Of a stretch of 64,000 bases of DNA, positions 50,770 to 61,937 are shown piece after piece; within the stretch, counting starts at the first letter, position 1, and each line of letters starts with the position of its first letter. Origin of the DNA: Chiloscyllium plagiosum (lineage: Eukaryota); the NCBI RefSeq assembly GCF_004010195.1, contig NC_057737.1, positions 11,532,290-11,596,289 on the forward strand. Reading direction: 5' to 3'. The notes beneath the pieces were generated by a model. That model ran no database searches, was not told where the DNA came from, and saw only the letters and a program-made list of their open reading frames with translations. A program made the position numbers and the translations under genes.

Positions 50770-52340
50770 CAAACTATACCTTCAAAAGCCATGAGTACAT
50801 GATCTGCATTAGTACATTATCAGCTCCACACCCACCCCAGCCCACCCCAGCCTTAACCTTCCTATGAATAATGAATGTTATCTTTCCTATGATAAGGAGA
50901 CCAAAGCTGCGCACAGTACTGCAGGTGTAGTCCAACCAATCATCTGTACTTTCGAAGCAAAGTTTTCTGTTAGATTCTGACAGATTAGCCTCTGTCCTCA
51001 AATTGCCTTTTGATAAAGGCTAGCACTTCATTATTTTTCCTAATAGCTTGTTGCATTTACACATTAGCCATCAGTGACTTACTGACGACACCCAAGTCTC
51101 TTTGCACATCTACTCTTTCCAATCTCTCACCATTTTAAAGAGTAGAATCATACCCTTCAGTTCAACCAGTTCACGCTTTACATGTTCCCTAACTAAACTA
51201 GTTTCACCTGCCTGCGCTTGACCTATGTCCCTCCAAACCTTTCTTACTCGTGAAATAGTCTGCACCTCTGTTCTTCCTATAAAAGTGTATAATGTTTCAT
51301 TTTTCGCATTACGTTCCATCTGCTATGTTCTTGCCCTAACATTAAAACTGTCCAAATCGTTCTGAAAATATTTTAGCTTTGTACCATCTGCAAATTTGAA
51401 AATATTGTGTCACAGCCACATCATGGATATGGGTGAACAGCTGAGACCCAAGTACTGACCCTTGCCAGATTCTGCTAGTTACAGTCTGCCAACAAGACAA
51501 TGACCTGTTTATTCTTAAAATTTTCTGTCTGTTAGTCAATCTTTGATCTATGTTACTACAATATCTCTAGTACTATGTGTTTTAATTTTGTTAACCAAGT
51601 TTTTGTGGCGGACCTTATAAAAAGCTTTCTGAAAATCTAAATGTACAACATCCATTGACTGCACTTTATCAATTTTGTTAGCAACATAGTCAGAAAAATT
51701 AAGCTGGTTAAATACTGTTTTCTATTGGCCAATCAATTTTGACCATGCCCAAATAGACGATTTTTAAAATTCAACATCCTTTATGATAGATTCTAGTATT
51801 TTCTGTACTAATGACGCAAGGCTGACTGGTTCCATTTTATCCCTTTCTCCTTTCTTAAATAGTGAGGTGATATTTGCAAGCTTCCACTCTGCAGGGATCA
51901 TTCTAGAATCTGGAATACAGTTACCAGTGCATCGACATTCTGTAGTTACTTTTGTCAATGCTCTGGACTGTACACTATCAAATTCTGAGGCTTTGTCAAC
52001 TGTCAGCCCATTAACTCCAGTACAGCTTTCTTACTAGTACTAATTTCCTTCAGCTCCTCATTCTCCCTAGTCACTTAGATCTCTAATCCTTTATTCTTCC
52101 TGTATTTTCCTCACTGAAAACACATACGGAGCAGTGATTCAGCCCCTCTGCCCACTTCTTTATTCCCCAGTAAAAATTCAGCAAATTCTGCTTTAGTGGA
52201 CCCATATTCATCTTAGCCAAACATTTTTGTTTTTATGTATCTGCAGAAGCTTTTATAATCCTTTTTTTGGCATTTATATTCAATTCTTCATATCCTTATC
52301 AGTTTCTTAATTCTTGAATTTCCATAATTTTTATATCATT
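50770..52340 (-). mobile_element. Old CR1-like LINE RT remnant
   Basis: IPAEWKLANITSLFKKG...PVSLASLVQKILESIIK and WQTVTSRIWQGSVLGSQLF. Confidence 0.75.
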
Positions 52341-52443
52341 TTTCTTTGCTTCTAAAGTACAATTGTGTGAAGAATGATATGATTGCTTTCATTCACTGGT
52401 GACCTCTTTCATCCTCTGTATTTGTAATTTGATTTCTTTTTAG

Positions 52444-52533
52444 GAAAAGAATGAATGCTGTGAAGTTGCATGCACAATTCCCATGATCACCTCTCCTAAA
52501 GAGGAAGAACGACTAATTGAAACGTGTGCAAAG
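52444..52533 (+). CDS. TNFAIP1: TNFAIP1 coding exon 3
   Basis: EKNECCEVACTIPMITSPKEEERLIETCAK. TTTTTAG acceptor, GTCACA donor; 90 nt. Confidence 0.9.
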
Positions 52534-52643
52534 GTCACAACATTTTTGTGTTTTTTTTGTAATGGAAGATTTTTTTTTTAGATTTGCCACTAATTCTCCA
52601 TATCACTTAATAAAAGCTAACTGCCTTCATTCTTTACCAACAG

Positions 52644-52696
52644 CCTGTTGTGAAGCTGCTACATAACAGAAGCAACAACAAATATTCCTATACTAG
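52644..52696 (+). CDS. TNFAIP1: TNFAIP1 coding exon 4
   Basis: PVVKLLHNRSNNKYSYT+AG. CAG acceptor, GTACGA donor; 53 nt. Confidence 0.95.
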
Positions 52697-53923
52697 GTAC
52701 GATAATTTGCATTGGGCTACACCTTGTTGATGTATGTAACCTTACCAGCTTTTGGAGACTTATTAAAAAAAATTATTGCTTTGAATCATATCCATCTCAC
52801 ATACAGTACAATTTTCGAGATGCTTAATGAAAGGTTGGGCAAGATCATTGGGGAGCAGGTGGAACCAGTGAGATTCTTTGTCAGGCGTAAGGTTTAATCT
52901 GCTCATTGTGAACTACATTGTTTGAAAAGATTAAGTTCTAATAATTTAGAAAGGGAGCTTAACAGTAGGCAGTTACCTCACAGTTTCTCTAGTACCTGAC
53001 TTTCCAATGACTACTAGTGATATGCTTCACCAATCCGTTTAAGCCACATAACAATGAGTTTTGATGTTTGGTTCCAGAGCTAGATATTTGGTCATTGTCC
53101 TCCAGTGTGCACACAATTATTAGAAAAAGAGTGAACTTAAAATTTGACTTGATAAAAGACACTATACACTATTGCAAAGAACTGCACAATAGGCGTGGTC
53201 TTTTCCATATCCCGTTTCTTTTGTTTGAAAGAAATGCAAGTTGGATGAAATAAGTTATTGCCTTTGGTTGCTGGATGTCCAGGTGATGGTCTGTAGGCCA
53301 CATGAAACCTGTAGCCCCTGATAGTTTGTTTCTTTTTTGTTTGAATCTTATGGGCTTGCAAGTTGGAGAAGGACTGTTCTTAATGCTGTTGCCTTATTGG
53401 TCAATAAATCCTAAATCAGATCAGATCTGTTTATATTCACAGCTTGAGATGTATCCAAGCTGATTGAAATTTGATTGAAACTTTGTATGAGTCCCAAGGG
53501 ACTCTATGGAATGCCTCTGTGCAACTCTCAAAAATATAAGTCTGCAAAGCTCCTGTTGTATTCAAATGTGTCCAGTATACAACTGCATTTTGAAAAGTCT
53601 CTAAGCCCAAATGCACAAATATTTAGGTAAATTCACCACGTCCACGATCATAATTTATGCGTTTTCTTCATTCCCTATTTTGAACTAAGCCAAATTTCAA
53701 AACTTAAACTGATTCATAAGAGATGAGGTTTAGCATTATTTATGAAACACCTGCTAAAATAGACTCACTTGGGTTATCGTAAATTAATGAATGTACAGTA
53801 CTGTCAAATCAAGCCTTTGAAGATCTTGAAAAGCCTGTTATAATAAAATGCTTCACACAATTGTATGTGTTCCTGCACTTTTGCTAGTGAACGCTGTTTA
53901 ATTTAAGTCATTCTGTATCCCAG

Positions 53924-54119
53924 CAATTCTGATGACAATTTGTTGAAGAACATTGAGCTGTTTGACAAGTTATCCCTGCGATTTAATGGAAGAGTGCTTT
54001 TTATGAAGGATGTCTTGGGAGATGAGATTTGCTGCTGGTCATTTTATGGGCAGGGACGCAAACTTGCAGAGGTTTGCTGTACTTCCATCGTGTATGCAAC
54101 AGAAAAGAAGCAAACCAAG
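53924..54119 (+). CDS. TNFAIP1: TNFAIP1 coding exon 5
   Basis: (S)[65 protein letters not shown]; 196 nt. Confidence 0.96.
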
Positions 54120-54754
54120 GTACGTGAAAGGTGACCACCATTTTTTAAAAAAAACTGATGTAAGAGTAAAATTCCTTTAGTAATACTTGACTTTAAAAAG
54201 TGTATTTTTTTGTGCCTGGTCTCCTGATACAAAGTTATTTAAACTATGTCCAGTGGTACCCTGAAATGCCATCAGAATTTGGCAAGTCCTTTCTTTTGTA
54301 CAGGATGGATATCAAAGGAAGACTTTGAGTTGGCATTCAGCTGTAATCCCAGAAGAAGGAAGGAGAAAGAAAAGAGAATAGCAACATAATTATCCTGGGG
54401 ACATTCTTGGACACATTCAAAGCTAGCAGACAACATTTATAAAGCTTGGCGACAACATTTCAGTCATCATCTTTGTCTTGGGATTGGCAGATTATATAGA
54501 TACATTCATAGGATCTAGGGTATTTCAAAGCAGTCAAACATTGTCCCTTCACCTCTGAGACTTAGTTTCTTGAAATGGAGTTGAACCCAAGGTGAATGCA
54601 TTCCTTGTACTGAGTTTCCTGAAAACATTAATTTGAAATGTTTCACCTTGTTAATTATAAGCATGAAAGGAAAATTACACGTTGACAATATGCCCGATTC
54701 ACCACATGGCAACATTGCAATTCTAATTGTTTACATTTTCTTCTAATTATATAG

Positions 54755-54991
54755 GTTGAATTTCCAGAAGCGCGAATTTATGAAGAGACATTAAATGTCT
54801 TGCTTTATGAAACTCCACGTGTACCTGATAACTTGTTGTTGGAAGCCACTAGTCGAACCTCTGGTCAGGGATCACACAGTGAAGATGAAGAGGCATTGGA
54901 AGTTAGAGATCGTGTGCGTCGAATACATGTGAAAAGATACAGCTCCTATGATGACAGACCTCTTGGACACCAGGCTACCTATAGAGATTAA
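54755..54991 (+). CDS. TNFAIP1: TNFAIP1 last coding exon
   Basis: [34 protein letters not shown]...[26 protein letters not shown]. Total CDS 960 nt (319 aa). Confidence 0.96.
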   Translation, partial: VEFPEARIYEETLNVLLYETPRVPDNLLLEATSRTSGQGSHSEDEEALEVRDRVRRIHVKRYSSYDDRPLGHQATYRD

Positions 54992-57900
54992 CATTGTAAT
55001 CAGATGGATAGGTGTGAACAGTATTTACATTTTAAAACACTTTTTATCTACTAATGATCATCAGATGGGTTATCATGGAACATGAAGGCAACTGACTGAA
55101 GAGAGAAAAAAACCTGCGCTTTCAAGGTTAATTTTCTTTCATTTGTTATAATGTTGATTTTTGTTTGTTTAAAAAAAAAAGCCTTTGAGCTGAAATGCTT
55201 GTCAAAAGTTGTGAATTAATTGGCCTTAACTCCATTATAGGTTGTCTTTCTGTTGATCTTAAAGTAGTTTCAAAAATCTGAAACCTCAATTTGATGGAAT
55301 TCTGGCTTACCTCTAGCAATGGAGGTGAAGTTTGATGCCAGTGCCATTGCATACTCCATAGAGGGAGGAAACAATAACAATGAGAATTTTCCTCTCATGA
55401 TTGCTACATGCCTTTTGCTTCAGACCATGAAGGCCTGGGATTGAGTGCACCTCTCCCCTTTTTTGTCACTGTTTTTGGCTTTGGACATTAAGAGGATTCA
55501 TCCTCAAATATCAGAAGAGTACATTTGAGTCGAAACCTGTCTGCTAATTTCATACTCGTTTTGCTCCTATTTCTGTTCAATATGGATCAAGATACTACAG
55601 TGCAATTACTTTCTGAACCATTGAGTGTGCCTTAGTTTACAACTCTTAAGTTCATCATTCATTCGTTTTTTTTCATTCATTCATTTTTACATTCAATGTT
55701 TTAGGAGTGCAGGAGGAGAAAACCGTTTTAGTTACCATTCTTCTCCAAGAATAATTCTTCCACACCAACTATGTCAGCACCTTTATCATTTCAGACACCT
55801 AACATAGCATTTATAAAATGGTGCATTGCATAGTGTTTGGAGGTGAGGTCTAGTCAAAATCTATCTGAAATCCTAGTGTTTAATACCTTTATTTCCAAGT
55901 CTTAATGAACTATGATTCTCAACTCTTTAATATGTGATGTTTGTTTTTTATTTGTGTTATGGTGAAATATATTTTACATGGTGTGTTTTTAATGGAACCT
56001 CCAAGGAAAATCTTTTAATAAGTAGCATTGGCAGTCTGGGAAGATAATGTGTTTACTTATCATTTTAAAATAATGGAATTGGATTTGCATCTGAAAATTA
56101 TGTTAACTGGACCAAAATGTTAAGTTTCTATTTTTGTATGTGTACACTGCCCATTGCTTATCTTTGTGTGAACTTGAGATGGTATATTTGACACTACAGT
56201 GCACTGTTTGCATCAGATAATGGTATGTTGGCTGAAACTGACTTTATGTAATGTTTGTGAAACTAACTGAACATTAGTCATATATGAATTGATGAATTAT
56301 GTGAGTAATTCAAGTTAGACTTTCAATCGGAGAAATTTTATGGGCTTGTGACTTAGCCAAGATGCAAGTCAGGATTAGACTGTTTTCAGATTGTGGTGAG
56401 ATTCTTCCTTTTTCACTTGCCCCTGCCCTGAATCATACCAGTTGCTGGCTGACTATAGAGTGGATTTGACAACAACTGAAGCTGTGATTAAGAATCAAGT
56501 CTGCACTCTTAAGTCTGGAATTGAGCTCCTTTTACCTTCATCTAAACAAAATAACTTCCTTTCAGTGTGGCTTTCTGCTTCACTAGGAACTGTTTCTAGG
56601 ATGCACTTTCTTTCATTATAATACTTTATCATGTTATGCAATTTATATCAGAAGAAAACATGCCCTCAAGGGAAATCCTCTTCATGGCTCAGACAAAACA
56701 GCCTAGAACTTTAATCCCAACTATCTTGAGGATGACCATACACAGTGAGGGCCATTGGCAGGCCTACAGTAAACTAATTCACTGCCCTCATTAGGATGGT
56801 ACTGCTGCATGTGAGTGCTAGTAATGGCCCCAGAGGTTCTCTGAGAGAGCAAGAAAACATAGGAGTTGAACATGAGCAATAGTCAACAACAGCCTGTAAA
56901 AGGGTGATTGGAACATTCTTGCTCCAGAAGGCAGGTTTTGCTTTAAAGTTGACATGCTGCAGGGTCACAACCTCCAGTCACACTTTTTAAGGGTTGATGG
57001 TATACGTGTTGAGGCCCTGAAATACTTTTAGCCATGAGCCTGTGGGTTTAACATCAGAGAATATATACAAACCCTAAACATATATTGACCAGTCCTAACT
57101 AGAGTGCGTGATGCAATTTTAGCAGAGGAAGAGCATATGCTTATCACCTGCAATTTTCAAACATTAGGTACACATTTTAACCTACTGAATTTCTAGGCTA
57201 GTGCCAAATACTATGTCATCTCAGTACTGTTTAAATGGCTGTACGGGTTTTACTGCCAGCCATCATATCTGACCGATAGTGTTGACTAAACTCAGTCACT
57301 CATCAACAGCGGTGCAAAATCTCCAAAGTTGTTTGTATTTCACTTCTTCAGTCAAAATTGTGTGAGAAGGGATAAACAAATCATCTCAAAGATGTAAAAA
57401 TTGATGCCAAAGTATCTGCTAAATTGCTTGACCACCAATCTTTGATCCCCCCCCTCAAATGTAAATAAATTTGAATGCATATCCAAGATGAGTTTCGATT
57501 GTGTACAATCACAGGATATAAGTAATTTCTTTAGAAAGGATAGTTTTTGTTTGCTTCAATGATAAATGGTCTGGCATTATCACTTTTATTATAAATTGGT
57601 TTCAAAGTTTACATTTTGGTTTCCTAAGCAACATGTAGATAGCTGTCACAATCCAATAAACAAATCTGGATTATCACTACATGTAACTGATCTCTAACTT
57701 CTGCAGTTCATTGGTCCTGTAGATGAAATATCCCAGTATTTCATAGTTGCAACTCAAGAAGGTTTACATGCTAACCTAAACACCAGTTTTGCAGTATTTT
57801 AATCAATGAATTATATCAATGATTGACACGCAGGATAAGAGAAGCAGTTGAGGAAAAGGGAACTTTTTAGAGTCAATATTGATTTTTGTCTTATAATTTG

Positions 57901-58385
57901 AATGCAAATATATTGATGTCTACTTACATTTCAGTCCTGTGTGAATTTCCAAGTCTTTTTTTTTAATGAGCTAATTTGCAAAATCTTCGAAGGCACAAAT
58001 ATTGCAGTGATTGAGGTGCTGCTTGCGTCTGTGAATATTGTAACATCAAATATTGCAATTAAGCTGTGAAATGGTTGTTTAAATTGTGGTTGCTGAAAGG
58101 CTTACAGTGAGCCCAGTTGATTAACTAACACTGGAATACTCACCCACGAAACCACTGTGTAAATAAAACTGCTCAGAATTTTTGACACTGTGATGGATTT
58201 TTTTTCCCCACAAAGTTGCTGTATCGCACATATTTAAAACAACCTGTAGCAACACTATTTGTAAGGAATAACTTTCTGGAAGGGTACTTCTACTTCTAGA
58301 CCAGAGTGTTGCTCCTTTTTAAATATTGTACTAAAAAATTAAATATTTACTAACATTAATAAAATGTGGTGTTGCTTGAGTGTAG
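54992..58385 (+). other. TNFAIP1: Probable long (~3.4 kb) TNFAIP1 3' UTR with several poly(A) signals
   Basis: Repeat-poor AT-rich stretch. AATAAA at 57655, 58162 and 58358, the last followed by GT-rich sequence. Extent inferred. Confidence 0.55.
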
Positions 58386-58734
58386 TCTGTCTTTTAAATA
58401 CAATTGTGATTCTAATCTGTGTACCTTTTGTAAACATTTCAGTATTTCAACAGAATCAAGTTATCAGCTTAATTCTGGATTAGGCATAATAAAGATAGCA
58501 AGATCATTTTTCAGCTTTAAGAATGTAAATAATGTCCATGTAAATTCATCCATGATAGTGAATGTAAATGTTATCTAATGCCAAAAACTAATCATTTAGG
58601 TTGCAGACCATTAGAAGATTCTTCAATTTTGTTTCAAAATGTGATAGTTACAACTTCAGCTGAGCACTGTCTACCAACATGAAAATTGTTGAAATTTTAT
58701 CATTGGTATTGAATCCCTGTAATGTGGAAACAGG

Positions 58735-59748
58735 ATGTCGGTTTGCTCGCTGAGCAAGATTTGTATTTCAGATGTTTCATCAACGTACTAGGTAACATCA
58801 TCAGTGAGGCAAAAGTGAGTACTGCAGATGCTGGAAATCAGAGTCTAGATTAGAGTGGTGCTGGAAAAGCACAGCAGGTCAGGCAGCATCTGAGGAGCAG
58901 GAAAATCGACATTTCAGGCAAAAGCCCTTAATCAGGAATCAGGTTTTTTTTCCCCGAAATCCATCACAGTGTCAAAACTTCTGAGCAGTTTTATTTACAC
59001 AGTGGTTTCTTCAGTTTTCCTGCTCCTCGGATGCTGCCTGACCTGCTGTGTTTTTCCAGCAGCACTCTAATCTAGGCCCCAACATCATCAGTGAGCCTCT
59101 GGATGAAGCACTGGTGGCATGGCCTGCTTTCTATTTGTGTTTAGGTTCCTTGGGTTGGTGACGTCATTTACTGTTATTTTTCTCGGGGGGGTGGTAAATG
59201 CAATCTAAGTCAATGTGTTGGTCGATAGAGTTCTGGTTGGAATGCCATGCTTCTAGGAATTCTCGTGCATGTCTCTGGCTTGTCCTAGGATGGATGTGTT
59301 GTCCCAGTTGAAGTGGTGTCCTTCCTCATCTGTATGTAAGGATACTAGTGAGAGTGGGTCATGTCTTTTTGTGGCTAGTTGATGATAGTATCCTTACATA
59401 CAGATGAGGAAGGACACCATTTCGACTGGGACAACACATCTATCCTAGGACAAGCCAAACAGAGACACGTACGATAATTCCTAGAAGCATAGCATTTCAC
59501 CCCGAACTCTATTGACAAACACATTAACTTGGATCCCATTTACTACCCTCTAACAAAAATGACATCACCCACCCAAGGAAACCTAAATACAAAAGAAAGT
59601 GGGCCATGCCACCAGTGCTTCATCTGGAGGCTCACTGATGATGTTACCTAGTATTGTGACAAAAGGTCTAAAAATGAACTTTCCAGCTCAGTGAGCAAAC
59701 CTACATCCCGAACCTCAACCTGAGCTAAAAATCTTCTCAAAACTCGCT
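58735..59748. mobile_element. Penelope-like fold-back element (family D-related) inserted into a V-SINE
   Basis: Plus arm translates TDEEGHHFDWDNTSILGQAKQRHVR*FLEA*H...SIDKHINLDPIY; turn near 59385. Hammerhead motifs at 58768-58807 (-) and ~59632-59670 (+, mutated). Duplication A(A/G)TG(T/A)GGAAACAGG at 58721-58734 and 59749-59762. Confidence 0.85.
58809..59080. mobile_element. Nested short fold-back element (family C variant) containing captured host sequence
   Basis: Inverted arms CTAGATTAGAGTGGTGCTGGAAAAGCACAGCAGGTCAGGCAGCATC / GATGCTGCCTGACCTGCTGTGTTTTTCCAGCAGCACTCTAATCTAG. Perfect TSD AACATCATCAGTGAG at 58794-58808 and 59081-59095. Confidence 0.85.
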
Positions 59749-59762
59749 AGTGAGGAAACAGG

Positions 59763-60072
59763 CCCTTCATCCCAACAAGTCCACACCGACCCTCTGAAGA
59801 ATAACCCCCCCCCACTCACCCACTATTCTATTTTTACCCCTGCCTAATGCAGCTAACCTAAACATCCCTGAACATTATGGGCAATTTAGCACAGCTAATT
59901 TATCTAACCTGCACATCTTTGCATTGTGGGAGGAAACCAGTGCGCCCAGAAGGGATCCACGCTGACACACAGAGAATGTGTGAAGTTTTCACAGTTGCCC
60001 GAGGCTGGAATCAAACCTGGGTCCTTGGTCCTGTGAGGCAGCAGTGCTAACCACTCAGCCACTGTGCCACCT
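59763..60072 (-). mobile_element. tRNA-derived V-SINE (its 3' tip is displaced to ~58708-58734)
   Basis: Reverse complement of the 7995 SINE family, more diverged. Confidence 0.85.
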
Positions 60073-60134
60073 ATGAAAAATACAGAGCGTGAAAGCATGG
60101 GAAGGGTTAAAGCATGAAGACCACTGACAGCGTG

Positions 60135-60722
60135 TGTTCTGTGGAAGGCAGGATGGGAGAATCATAGTGGAACATTCTTACACCAATTAGCAGAGTAAGG
60201 TTAAGGCTGAAGGGTCACTATGGCGCGATGAGATAACACAAGTAATAAAGCAAGATTCTCTAAGTGTTATGACAGGATTGAGACAATAAGTATTTGGGAC
60301 ATGACATTAAAATATCTAATTAATAGTAGAGTCAGCTTGAGACAGGAGACTGTTATAACAGATGGAATAGCTAAATATCTATTACGACAGGTTAGTCTGG
60401 AATGGAAAGATCACTGTAGCACAGTTAGCAATAAATATCTAACCATGACATTAGAGTAACATTAAGTAGAATGTACAACTAAAGAGATAATGGGAACTAA
60501 CATCACTGGTTATTGTGTAGCTAGAGTGAGGTACTTTGATTAATATAGTTGGACATGCTGATAAGCTAACAGAAACATGAAAAGAAATATAAAAATCCAC
60601 GGACCCTGAGGTTCATGGTCATTCAAGAATCTGCTTTCTCAGTGTCAGTTTGAAAATAAAAGACCTACTTCTTGAAGAACTCTCTGCATCACCTGGTGGT
60701 TCTCTATATTTTCTCCACAACA
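60135..60722 (+). mobile_element. 5' LTR of an endogenous retrovirus (start approximate)
   Basis: TATAAAA (~60588), AATAAA (60655-60660), ends ...CCACAACA immediately before the PBS. Confidence 0.7.
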
Positions 60723-60726
60723 AATT

Positions 60727-60744
60727 TGGCGCTGCGAGCAGGGT
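60727..60744 (+). promoter_or_regulatory. Primer-binding site, tRNA-Ser-like
   Basis: TGGCGCTGCGAGCAGGGT. From memory, this is one mismatch from the complement of the vertebrate tRNA-Ser(TGA) 3' end. Confidence 0.75.
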
Positions 60745-61071
60745 CGTGCAGAGACCCACCTGGACAGAGGGCGGCAGTAACAGGGTGTTTCTTGGTCCAC
60801 TGAAGGCACACCCGAGACTGACAGAATAAGGGTACCCAACAAAAAAAAGTTAGCATTTTTGCAGTGAATTTGGACTATATTCTGTTGGCTTGAAGTGGTC
60901 CTTGAGGACTCAGAGGTGCAGGAACCTGCCAGAGTGTGTCTCCGATCCAAGATCCAAAGGCGAGGGGTAAATTGCTGCTGAAGGAGACGTGGAGAATTGG
61001 TCAAGAAAACTGCACAGTGGGGTAAGGGGTGAGTAAGAATAAAAAGTAGCAAAAATTCCATGTGGTGTATG

Positions 61072-61252
61072 TAAGACCCTATAGATAAATAGGGCAGAAA
61101 TATAAGACCCTATAGATAGATAGGGCAGAATAAAGAAGGGGAAATTGTTTTATAAGACCCTATAGATAGATAGGGCAGAATAAAGCAGGGGAAATTGTTT
61201 TATAAGATCCTATAGATAGAAAGGGCAAAATAAAGAAGAGGAAATTGTTTTA
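61072..61252 (+). repeat. 50-bp tandem repeat x3 plus 31-bp partial unit in the ERV leader
   Basis: Unit TAAGACCCTATAGATAGATAGGGCAGAATAAAGAAGGGGAAATTGTTTTA at 61103, 61153 and 61203. Confidence 0.92.
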
Positions 61253-61435
61253 CTGGAAGCGCTGATAGACCTGTTTAGAAAGCCGGCAAATTGGTAGTGG
61301 ATGATTAAAAGTAAAATAGCAGAGAATAGTCATAGTGCTATAGTGTTACTAGACTGTTAAATGTTTTAGATAAGGCCTGTAGGATAATAGGATTTTTGGA
61401 AATGAACAAAGGGTCTGTTTAAGTAAGGCTCTGGC

Positions 61436-61520
61436 TGTGTGTGTGTGTGTGAGAGAGAGAGAGAGCGCGAGCAGCTGCAGCTTGCAGAATGTTTGTGTGT
61501 GTCTGTGTGTGAGAGAGAGT
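61436..61520. repeat. (TG)n(AG)n compound microsatellites
   Basis: Direct reading; two blocks. Confidence 0.85.
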
Positions 61521-61937
61521 TTATAGTTTGATCATTGTGATCTGATTTGTATGCATAATTGTAAGATTGTGGTTAAATGTTTGTGTTTTGTTTCCCTGGA
61601 TCTCAAGATCCAGGGGTATTTTGATTTTATTTTGCACTGTAAGAATTTAAGATAGTTTTTTTGAGAGAGAAATTTCCCAAGAAACCATTAGTGATTGGTG
61701 CAATTTGAAGGTGCAGTGAAGGATTGATTTAGGCTGAATGAATGAGAATAGGTTGTTTGTATTAACTAGCTGCAATTGAGGACGTTTAGAAATTGATAGA
61801 TTGGTACGGGACAATTGCAAGTTATAAAGTTAGGAATTGCTTATACTATTGAACAAAGCACTCCAGGCTTGATGGTATGAGGAAGTGATTTATGAGAGCA
61901 AAGATAATGCATTAGTTGGACTGAAATATATCGTAGG

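Noticed and set aside
46445-54991. KCTD10 or KCTD13 as the gene identity
   Set aside because: The MSGDTCL N-terminus, the C-terminal YDDR.LGHQ.TYRD and the position next to IFT20 fit TNFAIP1.
58906-58938. Active hammerheads at 58906-58938, 28941-28968, 45916-45940 and 59632-59670
   Set aside because: Cores are mutated or truncated (CTGATTA; CT missing; CTGA missing; GAAA changed to AAAA), so they count as relics only.
61072-61252. CRISPR-like array
   Set aside because: Units are head-to-tail with no unique spacers, there are no cas genes, and the context is a eukaryotic ERV leader.
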